NCBI GenBank assembly: GCA_048939765.1
Contig: JBHLPF010000032.1
Location: 1-43,024 of the forward strand
Direction of reading: 5' to 3'
Origin: Promethearchaeota archaeon
GTDB taxonomy: Archaea > Asgardarchaeota > Thorarchaeia > Thorarchaeales > Thorarchaeaceae
DNA: 43,024 nucleotides
In this document: piece after piece, positions 8,760 through 18,688 of the stretch
Layout: every line of letters starts with the position of its first letter
How positions within the stretch are numbered: position 1 is the first letter of the stretch
The notes under the pieces: generated by a model
Told to the model about the DNA's origin: nothing
Seen by the model: only the letters and a program-made list of their open reading frames with translations
The model's database searches: none
Translations under genes and position numbers: made by a program

Positions 8760-9662
8760 TTGACGGTTGCCTTATGTAAGACTCAACTCTTAAGATGGAT
8801 TTTGATTTTGACGAGTCGAGAGAATTCAATGATGACATCCGTAGCGCTTCTGAAATTCGAGGATAGCCTCAAGAGCACACTCACCGCGGGCTTGAACCTT
8901 ATTGGTGGGTTTTCGAATCTGAAATCACCTGTACTCATTAAGCCTAACATCTGCACGATTTCTGATGGTACTGGCTCGTCAGTCACAGACGTGAAAGTCA
9001 TCGAGGCGATTGCTAGACTAATCCTTGAGCAAGATCAAGGATTGGCCATCAAAATAGTCGAATCAGACAGTCAGAGTAAGTACGCTGAAGAGGCCTTTGA
9101 GAAGTTCGGATATGCGGACTTAGAGAGGAAAATGAAGAAAGAAGGCTTCGATGTGTTTCTGGTCAATCTCAGCAAATCTCCTCTTGTCAAAGCAGACTTC
9201 AAAGGGAGATACTTCAATAGGCCTGAGCTGCCAGAACTGCTAGTCGATCCCCACTGCTTTGTCACTGTCGCTGCAGCTAAGACACATTATCTTACTACCA
9301 TCACTGGAGCTTTGAAGAACCAGTTCGGAGTGCTTCCCAGGAAGGACCAATCCTTCTATCATCCCAATATTGATGATGTGGTGATAGATCTGAATAATCT
9401 CCTGCAACCGGACCTATGCATTGTTGATGCAAGAGTTGCTGTGGAGGGATGGAATGGACCTAGAACGAAGCGACTTGATGCCTTCATCATGGGGCGCAAG
9501 CCTGCTTCAGTCGATGCCACAATGGCTCGGATCATGGGCCTCAAACCAAGTGAGATTCGACATGTACTGGAATCTAGCAAGCTAGGTCTTGGCAACATTG
9601 ACCCAATAGTCTTGGGAGAAACCATTGAATCAGTGCAGGTCGCTTTCAATCTGCCTAGATGA
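8760..9662 (+). CDS. DUF362 domain protein
   Basis: VLIKPN, KTH...TGALKNQFG, SVDA motifs. True start is probably the ATG near 8829. Confidence 0.85.
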   Translation: MTVALCKTQLLRWILILTSRENSMMTSVALLKFEDSLKSTLTAGLNLIGGFSNLKSPVLIKPNICTISDGTGSSVTDVKVIEAIARLILEQDQGLAIKIVESDSQSKYAEEAFEKFGYADLERKMKKEGFDVFLVNLSKSPLVKADFKGRYFNRPELPELLVDPHCFVTVAAAKTHYLTTITGALKNQFGVLPRKDQSFYHPNIDDVVIDLNNLLQPDLCIVDARVAVEGWNGPRTKRLDAFIMGRKPASVDATMARIMGLKPSEIRHVLESSKLGLGNIDPIVLGETIESVQVAFNLPR

Positions 9663-9688
9663 CTATGTTTCTTATGCATCCAACTTAA

Positions 9689-10177
9689 ATGAAGAATGTA
9701 GCTGGAACCGCGAGGAGCAAAGAGTCAGTGAAAAGAGTTCTATTCCTGTGTACTGGTAATTCAGCACGCAGCCAGATGTCCGAGGCTTTACTAAGACTAC
9801 TGGGCGGAGATGGATTTGAAGCCTACAGTGCTGGTACACATCCGGCATCTGAAGTGAACCCCTTTGCCCTAGAGGTCTTGAGAGAGAGGGGGGCTAGCAC
9901 AGAGGGCCTTTTTACGAAGACTATTGATTACTTTGCAGGACAGGAGTTTCATCTTGCAGTGACAGTCTGTGATAATGCAAAACAGGAGTGCCCAGCTTTT
10001 CCTGGAGCTAGAACAATAGATCATTGGTCACTAGAAGATCCTGCATCCTTTGAGGGGACCTATGATGAGATTCTCTTGAAATTCAGAGAAACTAGGGATG
10101 AAATCGAGAGAAGAATCAAGACGTATATTCTTCAGGACAAGCTTGCGGAGGATCCCTTGAAATCACTCAGATTGTAG
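9689..10177 (+). CDS. arsC: Arsenate reductase, LMW-PTP fold
   Basis: FLCTGNSARSQM P-loop, VTVCDNAKQECP, HWSLEDP. Confidence 0.9.
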   Translation: MKNVAGTARSKESVKRVLFLCTGNSARSQMSEALLRLLGGDGFEAYSAGTHPASEVNPFALEVLRERGASTEGLFTKTIDYFAGQEFHLAVTVCDNAKQECPAFPGARTIDHWSLEDPASFEGTYDEILLKFRETRDEIERRIKTYILQDKLAEDPLKSLRL

Positions 10178-10185
10178 ATTAGGCA

Positions 10186-12195
10186 TTAGCCCTCCTCTAC
10201 CCAAGAGAACTTCCTCTGCAGAGTTGCAGGGTAAACCTTTCGCCAAGGATACTCCACCTTCTGACACCACTTGTAGATTGTCCTAGGATGGATGTATGAC
10301 TTGAGGGATGTTCCGAGGTTCCAGGTGCGACAGTCCCGTGCGAGGTAGTAATCCACCTCTATCTTGCGCTTCGCTAGCTTGGCCTTTTCCACTCGGTCCT
10401 TTTCGATTTTGACCGTCTTCTCAGCACGAGCCATACGTGCAGAAGACTTCTCTTTGAAATCTGCAAGAGATAGTTGCTTCTTCTCAAGAGTTGCCCTGCT
10501 CTTGTTGTAACGCTCCCGGGAGCTTGTGAGGCCCTCCTCCGCCGTGTCCAGACGCAGTCTACTCCGGTCTATACTGGCTTGGGCATCTTCAAGGCGCTGT
10601 TTCTTAGTGGTCTTGCCCTTCCTCTTGCTTCCTCTTGTTCGACGTTTTCTGTCACGAGCATTGTCCCAAGTCATCTTGGCGTTGTTTCGCTTCTCACGCC
10701 AAGCAACAACCGACTGCTTGTTTTTCTCAACAAGCTGCTTTTGCTTAGAAACTGCAGATTGGCGCTTAGCAAGGTTCTCTTTCTCTTTCTTCTTGAACGC
10801 CCTCAGTCGTTTCCTTTTTTCAGCAAGCCGAGATTCAGCTTTCTTGACACGTTCTTCCGCCTTTCTGATTCGTTCCTTATAGCGGTCTGCTGACCTAGCC
10901 CATCCTTTCGGTGCTTGTTTTGTGTGATTCATCACCCGTGCAACCTCAAGGTTGGCACGTTTCAGTGCCTCCTTCTTGATGAATTCCGGATCAGTTCTTT
11001 TGGCCTTGCCCCGACCAAGCTCCTTTTTCATTGTTAGAGTGGCGTGAAATGTCCTAAAGACCTTAGCAGTGAGGTCTTTGTCGAATCCACCAAGGAAACG
11101 ATTGACTTGTGCGCTTCCCACCCTTGGGAAGATTTGTGCTGGTTTTTTCGGATCTACACGAGTGCTCTTGCCCTTCCGTGTCCTGAAAGACTCTAATCGC
11201 TCCACTGCATTATCATAGAGCTCTCTAAACACCCTATAGACATCAGGTGACAATTCCAGTTCTTTATGCCAGGGCACACTGTCCTTTCCAAGAAAGTCAA
11301 AGACGACGGAACTGGGTGTGAATGTGAGATGCTCGATTCTTAGTGTAGTAGCACCCACGGTGTCGGCTTCATCTGGATCTTTCTCATCACCAACTCGCAG
11401 GCTCAATCTGTCTATTAGATAGCATGCAGCTGCTATCATTCTTGTCTTTGAGTTGCCAGAATGAAGACCATCCATGATGTATTCTCGAATCTCATCTATC
11501 TTCCTAGATATCTTCATGGCTTTGTCAAACTTGGCCGCCTCACGCTCTTGTTTGATAGGAGTACTGTCATGGAGCCAGATGTACTTTGTACTCTTGGTGA
11601 GCTCATCGGTCCATTTGGCAACCCACATGCTATCTGGAGCCCATTCGATTTTGGCCCAGTCCCCTTCCGGGACCGCTGCATCTGGACTCAAGTTCAAGGT
11701 GATGTCCTGTTCCCTTGCACCCTGCTTCCATCGCCCACGCAGAGGATGCTCCCCTCGGCCCATGAAGATACCAGATGGTTCTGTCTGGTAGTTGCCAAGT
11801 TCCATGCGCACCCCATCTACAAGGGCATAACCAAATTCCTCTTTCAGTCGTTCACGTTCTGCCTTGCGAGCCTCCCTTCCGGCTCTCTTCTCCTCCTTTG
11901 TCATGGCATCCTTTGCAGCACGTTCTTCTTCAACGAATTGAATTACAGAAGAAAAGTCAACCTCTTCTGGGTCTAGCGGGGGTTCCACCTTCAGTGCTTT
12001 GCTGAAGTCACTCATGAAGTTCTCAATGAAGACAGAATCCTCAACATAGGGTGTTCCTAGTTTTCTCACCCAGGCGACCGCCATCTCTTCTTGAAGCTGA
12101 TTGAGAACTATGGACTCGCCTCGAACAACTATCTCAAAATGATGCGGCTCTGGTGGTCTGAGTACAATGATGCCTTTATGTTCGAAGGACTCCAT
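10186..12195 (-). CDS. DNA topoisomerase IB (eukaryote-like)
   Basis: EPSGIFMGRGEHPLRG, LRVGDEKD, FDFLGKDSV, LTAKVFRT, NH, LGTSLKSYIHPR (catalytic R,K,R,H,Y). Confidence 0.95.
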   Translation of the reverse strand: MESFEHKGIIVLRPPEPHHFEIVVRGESIVLNQLQEEMAVAWVRKLGTPYVEDSVFIENFMSDFSKALKVEPPLDPEEVDFSSVIQFVEEERAAKDAMTKEEKRAGREARKAERERLKEEFGYALVDGVRMELGNYQTEPSGIFMGRGEHPLRGRWKQGAREQDITLNLSPDAAVPEGDWAKIEWAPDSMWVAKWTDELTKSTKYIWLHDSTPIKQEREAAKFDKAMKISRKIDEIREYIMDGLHSGNSKTRMIAAACYLIDRLSLRVGDEKDPDEADTVGATTLRIEHLTFTPSSVVFDFLGKDSVPWHKELELSPDVYRVFRELYDNAVERLESFRTRKGKSTRVDPKKPAQIFPRVGSAQVNRFLGGFDKDLTAKVFRTFHATLTMKKELGRGKAKRTDPEFIKKEALKRANLEVARVMNHTKQAPKGWARSADRYKERIRKAEERVKKAESRLAEKRKRLRAFKKKEKENLAKRQSAVSKQKQLVEKNKQSVVAWREKRNNAKMTWDNARDRKRRTRGSKRKGKTTKKQRLEDAQASIDRSRLRLDTAEEGLTSSRERYNKSRATLEKKQLSLADFKEKSSARMARAEKTVKIEKDRVEKAKLAKRKIEVDYYLARDCRTWNLGTSLKSYIHPRTIYKWCQKVEYPWRKVYPATLQRKFSWVEEG

Positions 12196-12361
12196 CTTAA
12201 CGCCTCTTCATTTGGCGGATTTAGGCAGAAGGTCGGTCACTCAGCGTGATTTTGCAGCCCAGTGTCGAGAGCAGAAATATGTAAACAAAAGGATTGCGCT
12301 GAGGGAGTCATCCAGAGCGATTAGTTTAAATCGAATCCGTCTGGTCTGCGCTCTAGAACCT

Positions 12362-12436
12362 GCGGCCATAGTCTAGGGGTTATGATCCGAGCCTTCCAAG
12401 CTCGTAACCCGGGTTCGAATCCCGGTGGCCGCACCA
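12362..12436 (+). tRNA. tRNA-Gly(TCC)
   Basis: Cloverleaf GCGGCCA/TGGCCGC, anticodon CT-TCC-AA, encoded CCA. Confidence 0.97.
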
Positions 12437-12444
12437 TTCTCTTT

Positions 12445-13158
12445 CTATAGAGCAAATCGAGCCTTGACTATTCCCATCTTCTTCGTGTATACCCATAGCA
12501 GTTCTGCACACACATGCCATGCCATCATCACTTCAGAGTCCAGCTCGATATGAGTCTGGAAGACAGACTTCACATCCTCACTGAAGTCACCATGCGGGAA
12601 CGCCCCTACGCCAAGAATGACGGGAACTCCATCATCTTTTGGAAAAATCGACTCGAGTCCATCGATTGTCGTTTGTTTACCACCCTCAACGCATAGTGCA
12701 GTAATGCTCTGAGGACTATCGGCTTTGAGTCGGAGTACAAGGTCAGCAAGAGACTCGTCTGCTACTCGAAGCAGAAACTCGCCCTTGGGCGGCACTCTTC
12801 CCTCCAACAGAAGCTGCTCAAAGAGACCTATGAATCTATCATAGTTTCTTGGTAAGCGCACAACCGGATTGACTTCGATTATGCGACCGTCTTGAAGATG
12901 CAGATGAATACTAAGTGACCCATGCTTACAGAGGGGGGTTTCCAGCAGAGTCATGAGAGAAAAGAAGGCAATGTCGGGCCGCCCACGGCGTTCCGTGTTT
13001 TCTAAATCTGTCATTGCCTGACCATGGTATGATTGATCGAGGAGGAGTTGATTTGGTTTCTTTCCCCTTCTACTGGCGTGCTTTTGGATTGGCTTCTTAG
13101 ACGTCAGATGCGTTGGTATCAATTCGATGGCTGACTCAAGAAGGATGACATGAAGCAT
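12445..13158 (-). CDS. nep1: Nep1/EMG1 rRNA pseudouridine N1-methyltransferase
   Basis: LLDQSYH, RGRPDI, VRLPRNYDRFIGLFEQLL, GAFPHGDF. Confidence 0.93.
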   Translation of the reverse strand: MLHVILLESAIELIPTHLTSKKPIQKHASRRGKKPNQLLLDQSYHGQAMTDLENTERRGRPDIAFFSLMTLLETPLCKHGSLSIHLHLQDGRIIEVNPVVRLPRNYDRFIGLFEQLLLEGRVPPKGEFLLRVADESLADLVLRLKADSPQSITALCVEGGKQTTIDGLESIFPKDDGVPVILGVGAFPHGDFSEDVKSVFQTHIELDSEVMMAWHVCAELLWVYTKKMGIVKARFAL

Positions 13159-13235
13159 GACTGACCTACCTAATCTAGTGGTAGCCACGAACGATTTAAG
13201 ATGTATCGGATGACTCATCAGTCAGAGGAAGTTCA

Positions 13236-13553
13236 GTGCCCAGAAGACGGACCAAGCAATCAGAAACTAAGCGTCTAGCCAGTGCTAGGATAGAGCTCCT
13301 ATGGGAGCAAGCCTCAGAAATGGCTAGGACTGACCGAGAAGGTGCTCGCAGACGCATGCAGATAGCCTCCAGAGTGGCACAGAGGGCACGCATCAAAGTT
13401 CCCAAAGACATCAAGAGAAAGATCTGTCGACAATGCGGGAGTGTACTGATTCCGAGTGAGAGTTGCCGTGTGAGAATGCGAAACAACCGAGCGAAGCATC
13501 TCACAGTGACTTGCATTGCTTGTGGCAACATCACAAGATACTATGTCGGATAG
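13236..13553 (+). CDS. rnp4: RNase P protein component 4 (Rpp21)
   Basis: CRQC...CIACG zinc ribbon, ARIELL, conserved gene context. Confidence 0.93.
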   Translation: MPRRRTKQSETKRLASARIELLWEQASEMARTDREGARRRMQIASRVAQRARIKVPKDIKRKICRQCGSVLIPSESCRVRMRNNRAKHLTVTCIACGNITRYYVG

Positions 13554-13595
13554 GAATGCTAAAGTGGAAACTCCATTCGAACATGACGACCAGAC

Positions 13596-13865
13596 ATGGG
13601 ACTTGCAGGAACACCAGACAAGACGAGAATAAACATCGCATGGCAGGACTCGGCCATCATGCAGATAGGAAAGAGTGGACTCTCTGAAGGTATTATCAAG
13701 GAAACAAGGAGGCTTCTCAAGAAACACAAATACATCAAGGTCCGTCTGCTTAAGTCTGCTGTAACATCGAGTACCAAAAAGGAGGTTTTCGAGGCTCTTG
13801 CACAAGGGACTGGTTCTCATTTGGCCGGTATACGTGGAAACACAGCAGTTCTGTTCAAGCTATAG
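13596..13865 (+). CDS. YhbY/CRS1 RNA-binding protein
   Basis: IGKSGL, IKVRLLKS, RGNTAVL. Confidence 0.9.
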   Translation: MGLAGTPDKTRINIAWQDSAIMQIGKSGLSEGIIKETRRLLKKHKYIKVRLLKSAVTSSTKKEVFEALAQGTGSHLAGIRGNTAVLFKL

Positions 13866-13991
13866 ACAATTTCCTTAGCACGTTGCGACAACCTTTTATG
13901 CGGACTAATTTTGACGATGGCAGCCTTCTGAGGTAGGCCACCAGCTCAGTCTATGTGCGGTGACCCCCTCAAATGAAATGGTGACAGACAG

Positions 13992-14444
13992 ATGCCTACG
14001 GTCTATGATATCCCACCTACCGTCATGATACGACGACTTGCACAGGACCTTAGGTCTCGGGATGAGATCAAGCCTCCAGAATGGGCCCTCTTTGTGAAGA
14101 CTGGCGCACACAAGGAGCGATCACCAGATGATCCAGACTGGTGGTATATGAGATGTGCCAGCATTCTCAGGAAGATCTATCTCAGGGGTCCTATAGGGAC
14201 GGAACGTCTACGCATTGACTACGGCGGGAAGAAGCGACGCGGTGCAAAGCCGAACAAGTTCCACAAAGGAAGCGGAGCAGTTGTACGGACCGCCCTGCAA
14301 CAGCTGGAAAGAGCAGGTTTCATCATGAAGCAGGGAAATAAGGGCCGCGAGATGACCAACATAGGCAGGTCATACATGGACAAGCTCTCTGCGGCTCTAA
14401 AGAGGGAGCTCTCGAAGGCGATACCTGAGCTGGAGAACTACTAG
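13992..14444 (+). CDS. rps19e: Ribosomal protein eS19
   Basis: PEWALFVKTG, WWYMRCASILRKIY. Confidence 0.97.
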   Translation: MPTVYDIPPTVMIRRLAQDLRSRDEIKPPEWALFVKTGAHKERSPDDPDWWYMRCASILRKIYLRGPIGTERLRIDYGGKKRRGAKPNKFHKGSGAVVRTALQQLERAGFIMKQGNKGREMTNIGRSYMDKLSAALKRELSKAIPELENY

Positions 14445-14464
14445 ACGCCTTCTAGGCGTAGTAG

Positions 14465-14803
14465 GTGAGTGTGCTGAGCGACGAGGAACTCGATGAGATT
14501 CGAAGGAGAAAACTTGCATCTCTGAGAGAAGAAGCATTCGAGGAACAAGCTAGGGAACAGCAGGTTGCAGAGGCACAGGCACAGAAGGAGGCAATTCTAA
14601 GACAGATATTGACTCCCGAGGCCCGTTCTAGGCTCACGAACATCAGAATGGTCAAGCCCCAAATAGCAGAACAGATTGAGATGCAGCTCATTCAGCTGGC
14701 CTCATCTGGAAGGTTGAGGGCAAGAGTGACCGATGAGCAATTGAAGAAATTGCTCCAACAGATAACTGGACAGGAACGAGAGAGGAAGATCTCGTTTAGA
14801 TAG
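14465..14803 (+). CDS. PDCD5-like DNA-binding protein
   Basis: ELDEIRRRKL, ILTPEARSRL. Confidence 0.93.
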   Translation: MSVLSDEELDEIRRRKLASLREEAFEEQAREQQVAEAQAQKEAILRQILTPEARSRLTNIRMVKPQIAEQIEMQLIQLASSGRLRARVTDEQLKKLLQQITGQERERKISFR

Positions 14804-14821
14804 CTGTGAAAGGTGAAGGAA

Positions 14822-14977
14822 ATGGCAAGAAACAAGCCCCTCGCGAAGAAACTCAGGATGGCAAGAGCACTAAAGAGTAACTCCTCAGTGCCCACCTGGG
14901 CTGTAGTTAAGACTGGTGGGAAGGTAAGGACGACACCCAAGCAGCGAAAATGGCGTGAAACCAAACTCAAGCCTTAG
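14822..14977 (+). CDS. rpl39e: Ribosomal protein eL39 (absent from the ORF track)
   Basis: Translated by hand: [51 protein letters not shown]. Confidence 0.95.
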   Translation: MARNKPLAKKLRMARALKSNSSVPTWAVVKTGGKVRTTPKQRKWRETKLKP

Positions 14978-14990
14978 TCAGGTGTGCTAG

Positions 14991-15401
14991 ATGATCGAAG
15001 AGAAAGAGATTGAGGAAATCGAAGAGGACCTACCTGACCTCGAAGAGATAGAAGAGATTGGCGAGGATGAGGAGATCGAGGCGGTAGAGGGTAGGCCAGA
15101 TGCTGAGGAAGTTGAACCCGCTGAAGTCATTCCAGAGGAGGAAATCATCGATGAGCGAATCTACACAGTACCCCTGAGAAAAGCATACTGGACAGGCAGC
15201 AGACTCCGTAGGTCTAATAGAGCCGTAAGAATACTCAGGGAGTTCGTGCAGCGTCATATGAAGCCCGAAGAGATCGTGATTCAGCCAGAGGTGAACGAGA
15301 GAATCTGGGAGAGAGGAATCCAGAAGCCTCCACGAAGGATAAGAATTCGGGCAACCAAGAACTCAGACGACCTTGTCCGAGTCTATCTAGCTGAGGGGTA
15401 G
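14991..15401 (+). CDS. rpl31e: Ribosomal protein eL31 with acidic N-terminal extension
   Basis: ERIYTVPLR, VNERIWERGIQKPPRRIRIR. Confidence 0.95.
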   Translation: MIEEKEIEEIEEDLPDLEEIEEIGEDEEIEAVEGRPDAEEVEPAEVIPEEEIIDERIYTVPLRKAYWTGSRLRRSNRAVRILREFVQRHMKPEEIVIQPEVNERIWERGIQKPPRRIRIRATKNSDDLVRVYLAEG

Positions 15402-15406
15402 TAGAG

Positions 15407-16072
15407 ATGATCGCCCGATACGACTTCGAGGGCGATTCAAATGTTGGAGCCTTTGGAATCGCCACAGACAGGTATGTGTTTGTTTCTCCAAATATGTCAG
15501 AAAGGTCTATAGATACAATGGAACGTGTCTTTAATCTTCCATTGGTGCAGTCAACAGTGGCCACTCTAGACGTGATTGGCCTTGTCTGTATAGCCAATTC
15601 AAATGGCATTCTTCTTCCCTACACAACTAATGATGATGAGCTTGCCGCATTGAAGGAATATCATGACATTCGTGTAGATTGGATTGATAACAAGATGACT
15701 GCTCTGGGCAATATCATCTTAGCAAATGATAGCGGAGCTATTTGTCATCCAGATTTTGACAAGAAGGCACGAACTAAGATTTCAGACACTCTCGATGTTG
15801 AGGTCATTCCAGGAACGGTGGCTAATCTGCCCACCGTTGGTTCCAACACAGCAATAACAAATCAGGGTGCTATTGTCCATCCTATGGCCACAACAGCCGA
15901 AATTGAGAAGATATCACAGTTGTTAAAAGTACACGTCGAGGTTGGCACAGTCAACCGAGGCAGTCCCTATACCAGTCTAGGTGTAATGGCGAATATGGAC
16001 AGCATGATTGTTGGGTCAGAAACAACAGGCGTAGAGCTAGCCCATATCAGTCAAGTCCTAGGCTTTGTCTAA
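15407..16072 (+). CDS. eif6: Translation initiation factor 6
   Basis: SNVGAF, LGNIILAND, VGTVNRGS, GSETTGVEL. Confidence 0.96.
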   Translation: MIARYDFEGDSNVGAFGIATDRYVFVSPNMSERSIDTMERVFNLPLVQSTVATLDVIGLVCIANSNGILLPYTTNDDELAALKEYHDIRVDWIDNKMTALGNIILANDSGAICHPDFDKKARTKISDTLDVEVIPGTVANLPTVGSNTAITNQGAIVHPMATTAEIEKISQLLKVHVEVGTVNRGSPYTSLGVMANMDSMIVGSETTGVELAHISQVLGFV

Positions 16073-16087
16073 AGAGGTTGTATTCAG

Positions 16088-16330
16088 ATGAGTTCCAAGG
16101 TATGGAGAACAAAGGGCGAATATCGAAAGCTGAAACGAGTGTTCACATTCTCAAAGGAAATGATTGCACTGAATGAGGCACATGTTATGGAGAAGATTTA
16201 CTCAGAGATAGGCAGTCGTCACAGAGTGAAAAGAAAGGATATCACTATCACTGAGATTGCCGAGATCAAACCTGAAGAGGCCACAAATCTGGAGCTCCGA
16301 CGGATACTTGGACTGGAGAGCGAACTCTAA
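16088..16330 (+). CDS. rpl18a: Ribosomal protein eL20 (L18Ae/LX)
   Basis: EKIYSEIGSRHRVKRKDI. Confidence 0.93.
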   Translation: MSSKVWRTKGEYRKLKRVFTFSKEMIALNEAHVMEKIYSEIGSRHRVKRKDITITEIAEIKPEEATNLELRRILGLESEL

Positions 16331-16767
16331 TGACAGAGGAGCAACAGAATCGTCTTCAAAAGCTCTATGTGCAACAACAACTCGCTGAGTCCAACCTGAA
16401 TACACTTCGACAGCAGATCGAATTGACACAAGTCCTTCTAAATCAGTATCAAAATGGTTTCGCCGTGTTAAAAGAGCTTGAGAACAGGAAGGAAGGCGAA
16501 GAAACACTGCTCAATGTCGGAGGAGGCATCTTCGTACAGGCAAAGCTGATGGATACCTCCAGAGTGACAAGGGCTCTTGGGAGTGGGGTCAGAATCGAAC
16601 AGAGTCTTGAACAAGCCATTGAAGGAGTCGAAAAAGCCATCGAGAGTCTTGGTAAACAGTATGAAAGCCTTCTTTCTGAACTAGGAAAGCTCGCCAGCCA
16701 ATCAGAAGCGATTGATGCACAGATGAGACAACTGGCGACGCAGATGCAGGGCCAGGGGGCACAATAG
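16330..16767 (+). CDS. pfdA: Prefoldin alpha subunit
   Basis: Coiled coils flanking LLNVGGGIFV...LGSGV. Confidence 0.92.
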   Translation: MTEEQQNRLQKLYVQQQLAESNLNTLRQQIELTQVLLNQYQNGFAVLKELENRKEGEETLLNVGGGIFVQAKLMDTSRVTRALGSGVRIEQSLEQAIEGVEKAIESLGKQYESLLSELGKLASQSEAIDAQMRQLATQMQGQGAQ

Positions 16768-16768
16768 A

Positions 16769-17677
16769 TTGTTTGAGAAGCTCCGGGGTGCGATGGACTC
16801 TGCGGTCACCAAAGCGACCACAAAGGAGCTAAACGAAAAGAACCTTGCAGATGCGGTATGGAACCTTCAGATGGTCCTAATTCAGAACGATGTTGCAGTA
16901 GATGTTGCTGAACATATTTGTAACCTGACCAAGGAAAAGCTGATTGGGAAAAGAACCGGTCGTCTTGAGAAAACCGGTAATCTGTTCAGAACTGCAATCT
17001 ATGAGTCAATAATGGAAGTCTTGACACCCGAACACCCACTTGATCCAATTCAGTTTGCCACTGAAAAGAAGGCAAAAGGAGAACCAACCGTGATTCTGTT
17101 TGTGGGCGTAAACGGGACTGGGAAGACGACTACATTGGCGAAGTTGGCGAATCTCTACAAGAAGAACGGTTTTTCTGTTGTTATCGCAGCTGGAGATACA
17201 TTCCGCGCTGGAAGCATTGAACAGCTTGAAGAACACGCAAATAGGCTTGGAATTCGAGTCATTAAGCAGAATTATGGCTCTGATGCGGCAGCTGTGGCAT
17301 ACGATGCCATATCCCATGCGCGGGCAAAGGGGATTAACATTGTCTTGATAGACTCAGCTGGTAGAATGCAGAGTAACAAGAACCTCATCTCTGAGATGCA
17401 GAAGATTGTAAGAGTCACAAAACCAGACTTGAAAATCTTCGTTGGCGATGCGCTTGCAGGGAATGATGCACTATCTCAAGCAAAAGAGTTCAACGATGCC
17501 ATAGAGATTGATGGAGCCATTCTGACCAAGGTGGATGCGGATCCCTCAGGGGGTGCTGCGCTTTCAGTGACGTTTGTTACAGGTCGACCTGTGGTCTATA
17601 TCGGTGTTGGCCAGAGTTATGACGATCTACGCAAGTTCGAGCCTGAGTGGTTTGCACAGAGACTCGTAGCGGATTAA
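16769..17677 (+). CDS. ftsY: SRP receptor FtsY
   Basis: GVNGTGKTTT, DTFRAG, DSAGR, TKVD, GVGQSYDDL. Confidence 0.97.
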   Translation: MFEKLRGAMDSAVTKATTKELNEKNLADAVWNLQMVLIQNDVAVDVAEHICNLTKEKLIGKRTGRLEKTGNLFRTAIYESIMEVLTPEHPLDPIQFATEKKAKGEPTVILFVGVNGTGKTTTLAKLANLYKKNGFSVVIAAGDTFRAGSIEQLEEHANRLGIRVIKQNYGSDAAAVAYDAISHARAKGINIVLIDSAGRMQSNKNLISEMQKIVRVTKPDLKIFVGDALAGNDALSQAKEFNDAIEIDGAILTKVDADPSGGAALSVTFVTGRPVVYIGVGQSYDDLRKFEPEWFAQRLVAD

Positions 17678-17716
17678 ACAGGTGGACAGTTTTATTACCC
17701 GGCAAAATCTGAAACC

Positions 17717-18676
17717 TTGGTATCTAATCCAATAGTCGAGGTTACCATTTTGGATTTCAAGGGTAGAAGCTTTGTGGATCTATCAGATTTCAATAGGGAT
17801 GAACTGAGAGCCTTTCTCGATAAAGCACATGAACTGAAACGCAAACAGAAGAATGGAGAGCCTCACCAGATTCTGAAGGGCAAGTCACTTGCCATGATTT
17901 TCATGAAGTCATCAACAAGAACGCGTGTTTCCTTTGAAGTAGGAATGACGCAGCTTGGCGGTCATGCACTCTATCTTCAGCCCAGTGGCACGCAGCTCGG
18001 CAGAGGAGAAACGATTGCAGACACGGCTAGGGTCCTCAGCAGATATTGTGATGTGATTATGGCCAGAGTATTTGGCCACAATGAAGTGACAGAATTAGCG
18101 GAACACGCCACAGTTCCAGTAATCAATGGACTTTCTGACTACAACCATCCTTGTCAAATCATGGCTGACATGATGACAATTGAGGAACATAAGGGCAGAC
18201 TAGAGGGACTCAAGATAGCATATGTCGGTGACTCAAACAATGTGAGTAATTCGATAATGCAAGGTTGTACCATCATGGGAATGGATGTCACAATTGGCTC
18301 ACCGAAGGGATATACTCCATCTGAGGAAATCATAAAGAAAGCTGACGCATTGAGCAAGACCTACAACACAACCGTTGAAGTTTTGAATGACGCTGCTGAT
18401 GCCGTAAAAGGAGCTGCAGTGATATACACTGACACCTTCTTCAGCATGGGTCAGGAGAAATCAAAGGAGAAGGAGGATGCCTTGATGCCGTTTCAAGTCA
18501 ATAGGACTCTTGTTGGGAAGGCAAGCAACGATGTGATTGTGATGCACTGCTTGCCAGCTCATCGTGATGAAGAGCTGACCTCCGATGTAATGGACGATGC
18601 CAAGCATAGTGTGGTATTTGACCAAGCAGAGAATCGTCTGCATGCACAAAAAGGAATAATGGCACTCATAGTGTAA
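17717..18676 (+). CDS. argF: Ornithine carbamoyltransferase
   Basis: SSTRTRVSFE, HPCQ, SMG, HCLP, QAENRLH. Confidence 0.96.
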   Translation: MVSNPIVEVTILDFKGRSFVDLSDFNRDELRAFLDKAHELKRKQKNGEPHQILKGKSLAMIFMKSSTRTRVSFEVGMTQLGGHALYLQPSGTQLGRGETIADTARVLSRYCDVIMARVFGHNEVTELAEHATVPVINGLSDYNHPCQIMADMMTIEEHKGRLEGLKIAYVGDSNNVSNSIMQGCTIMGMDVTIGSPKGYTPSEEIIKKADALSKTYNTTVEVLNDAADAVKGAAVIYTDTFFSMGQEKSKEKEDALMPFQVNRTLVGKASNDVIVMHCLPAHRDEELTSDVMDDAKHSVVFDQAENRLHAQKGIMALIV

Positions 18677-18688
18677 GGGGCTTTAGAA

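Noticed and set aside
10474-11976. Plus-strand ORFs opposite topIB, and similar shadow ORFs elsewhere in the window
   Set aside because: They are antisense or off-frame shadows of well-supported genes and carry no motifs.
10186-12195. TopIB as the integrase of the cassette array
   Set aside because: It shares the tyrosine-recombinase catalytic fold but has a complete Top1 architecture and lies about 2.8 kb outside the array. There is no evidence for site-specific recombination.
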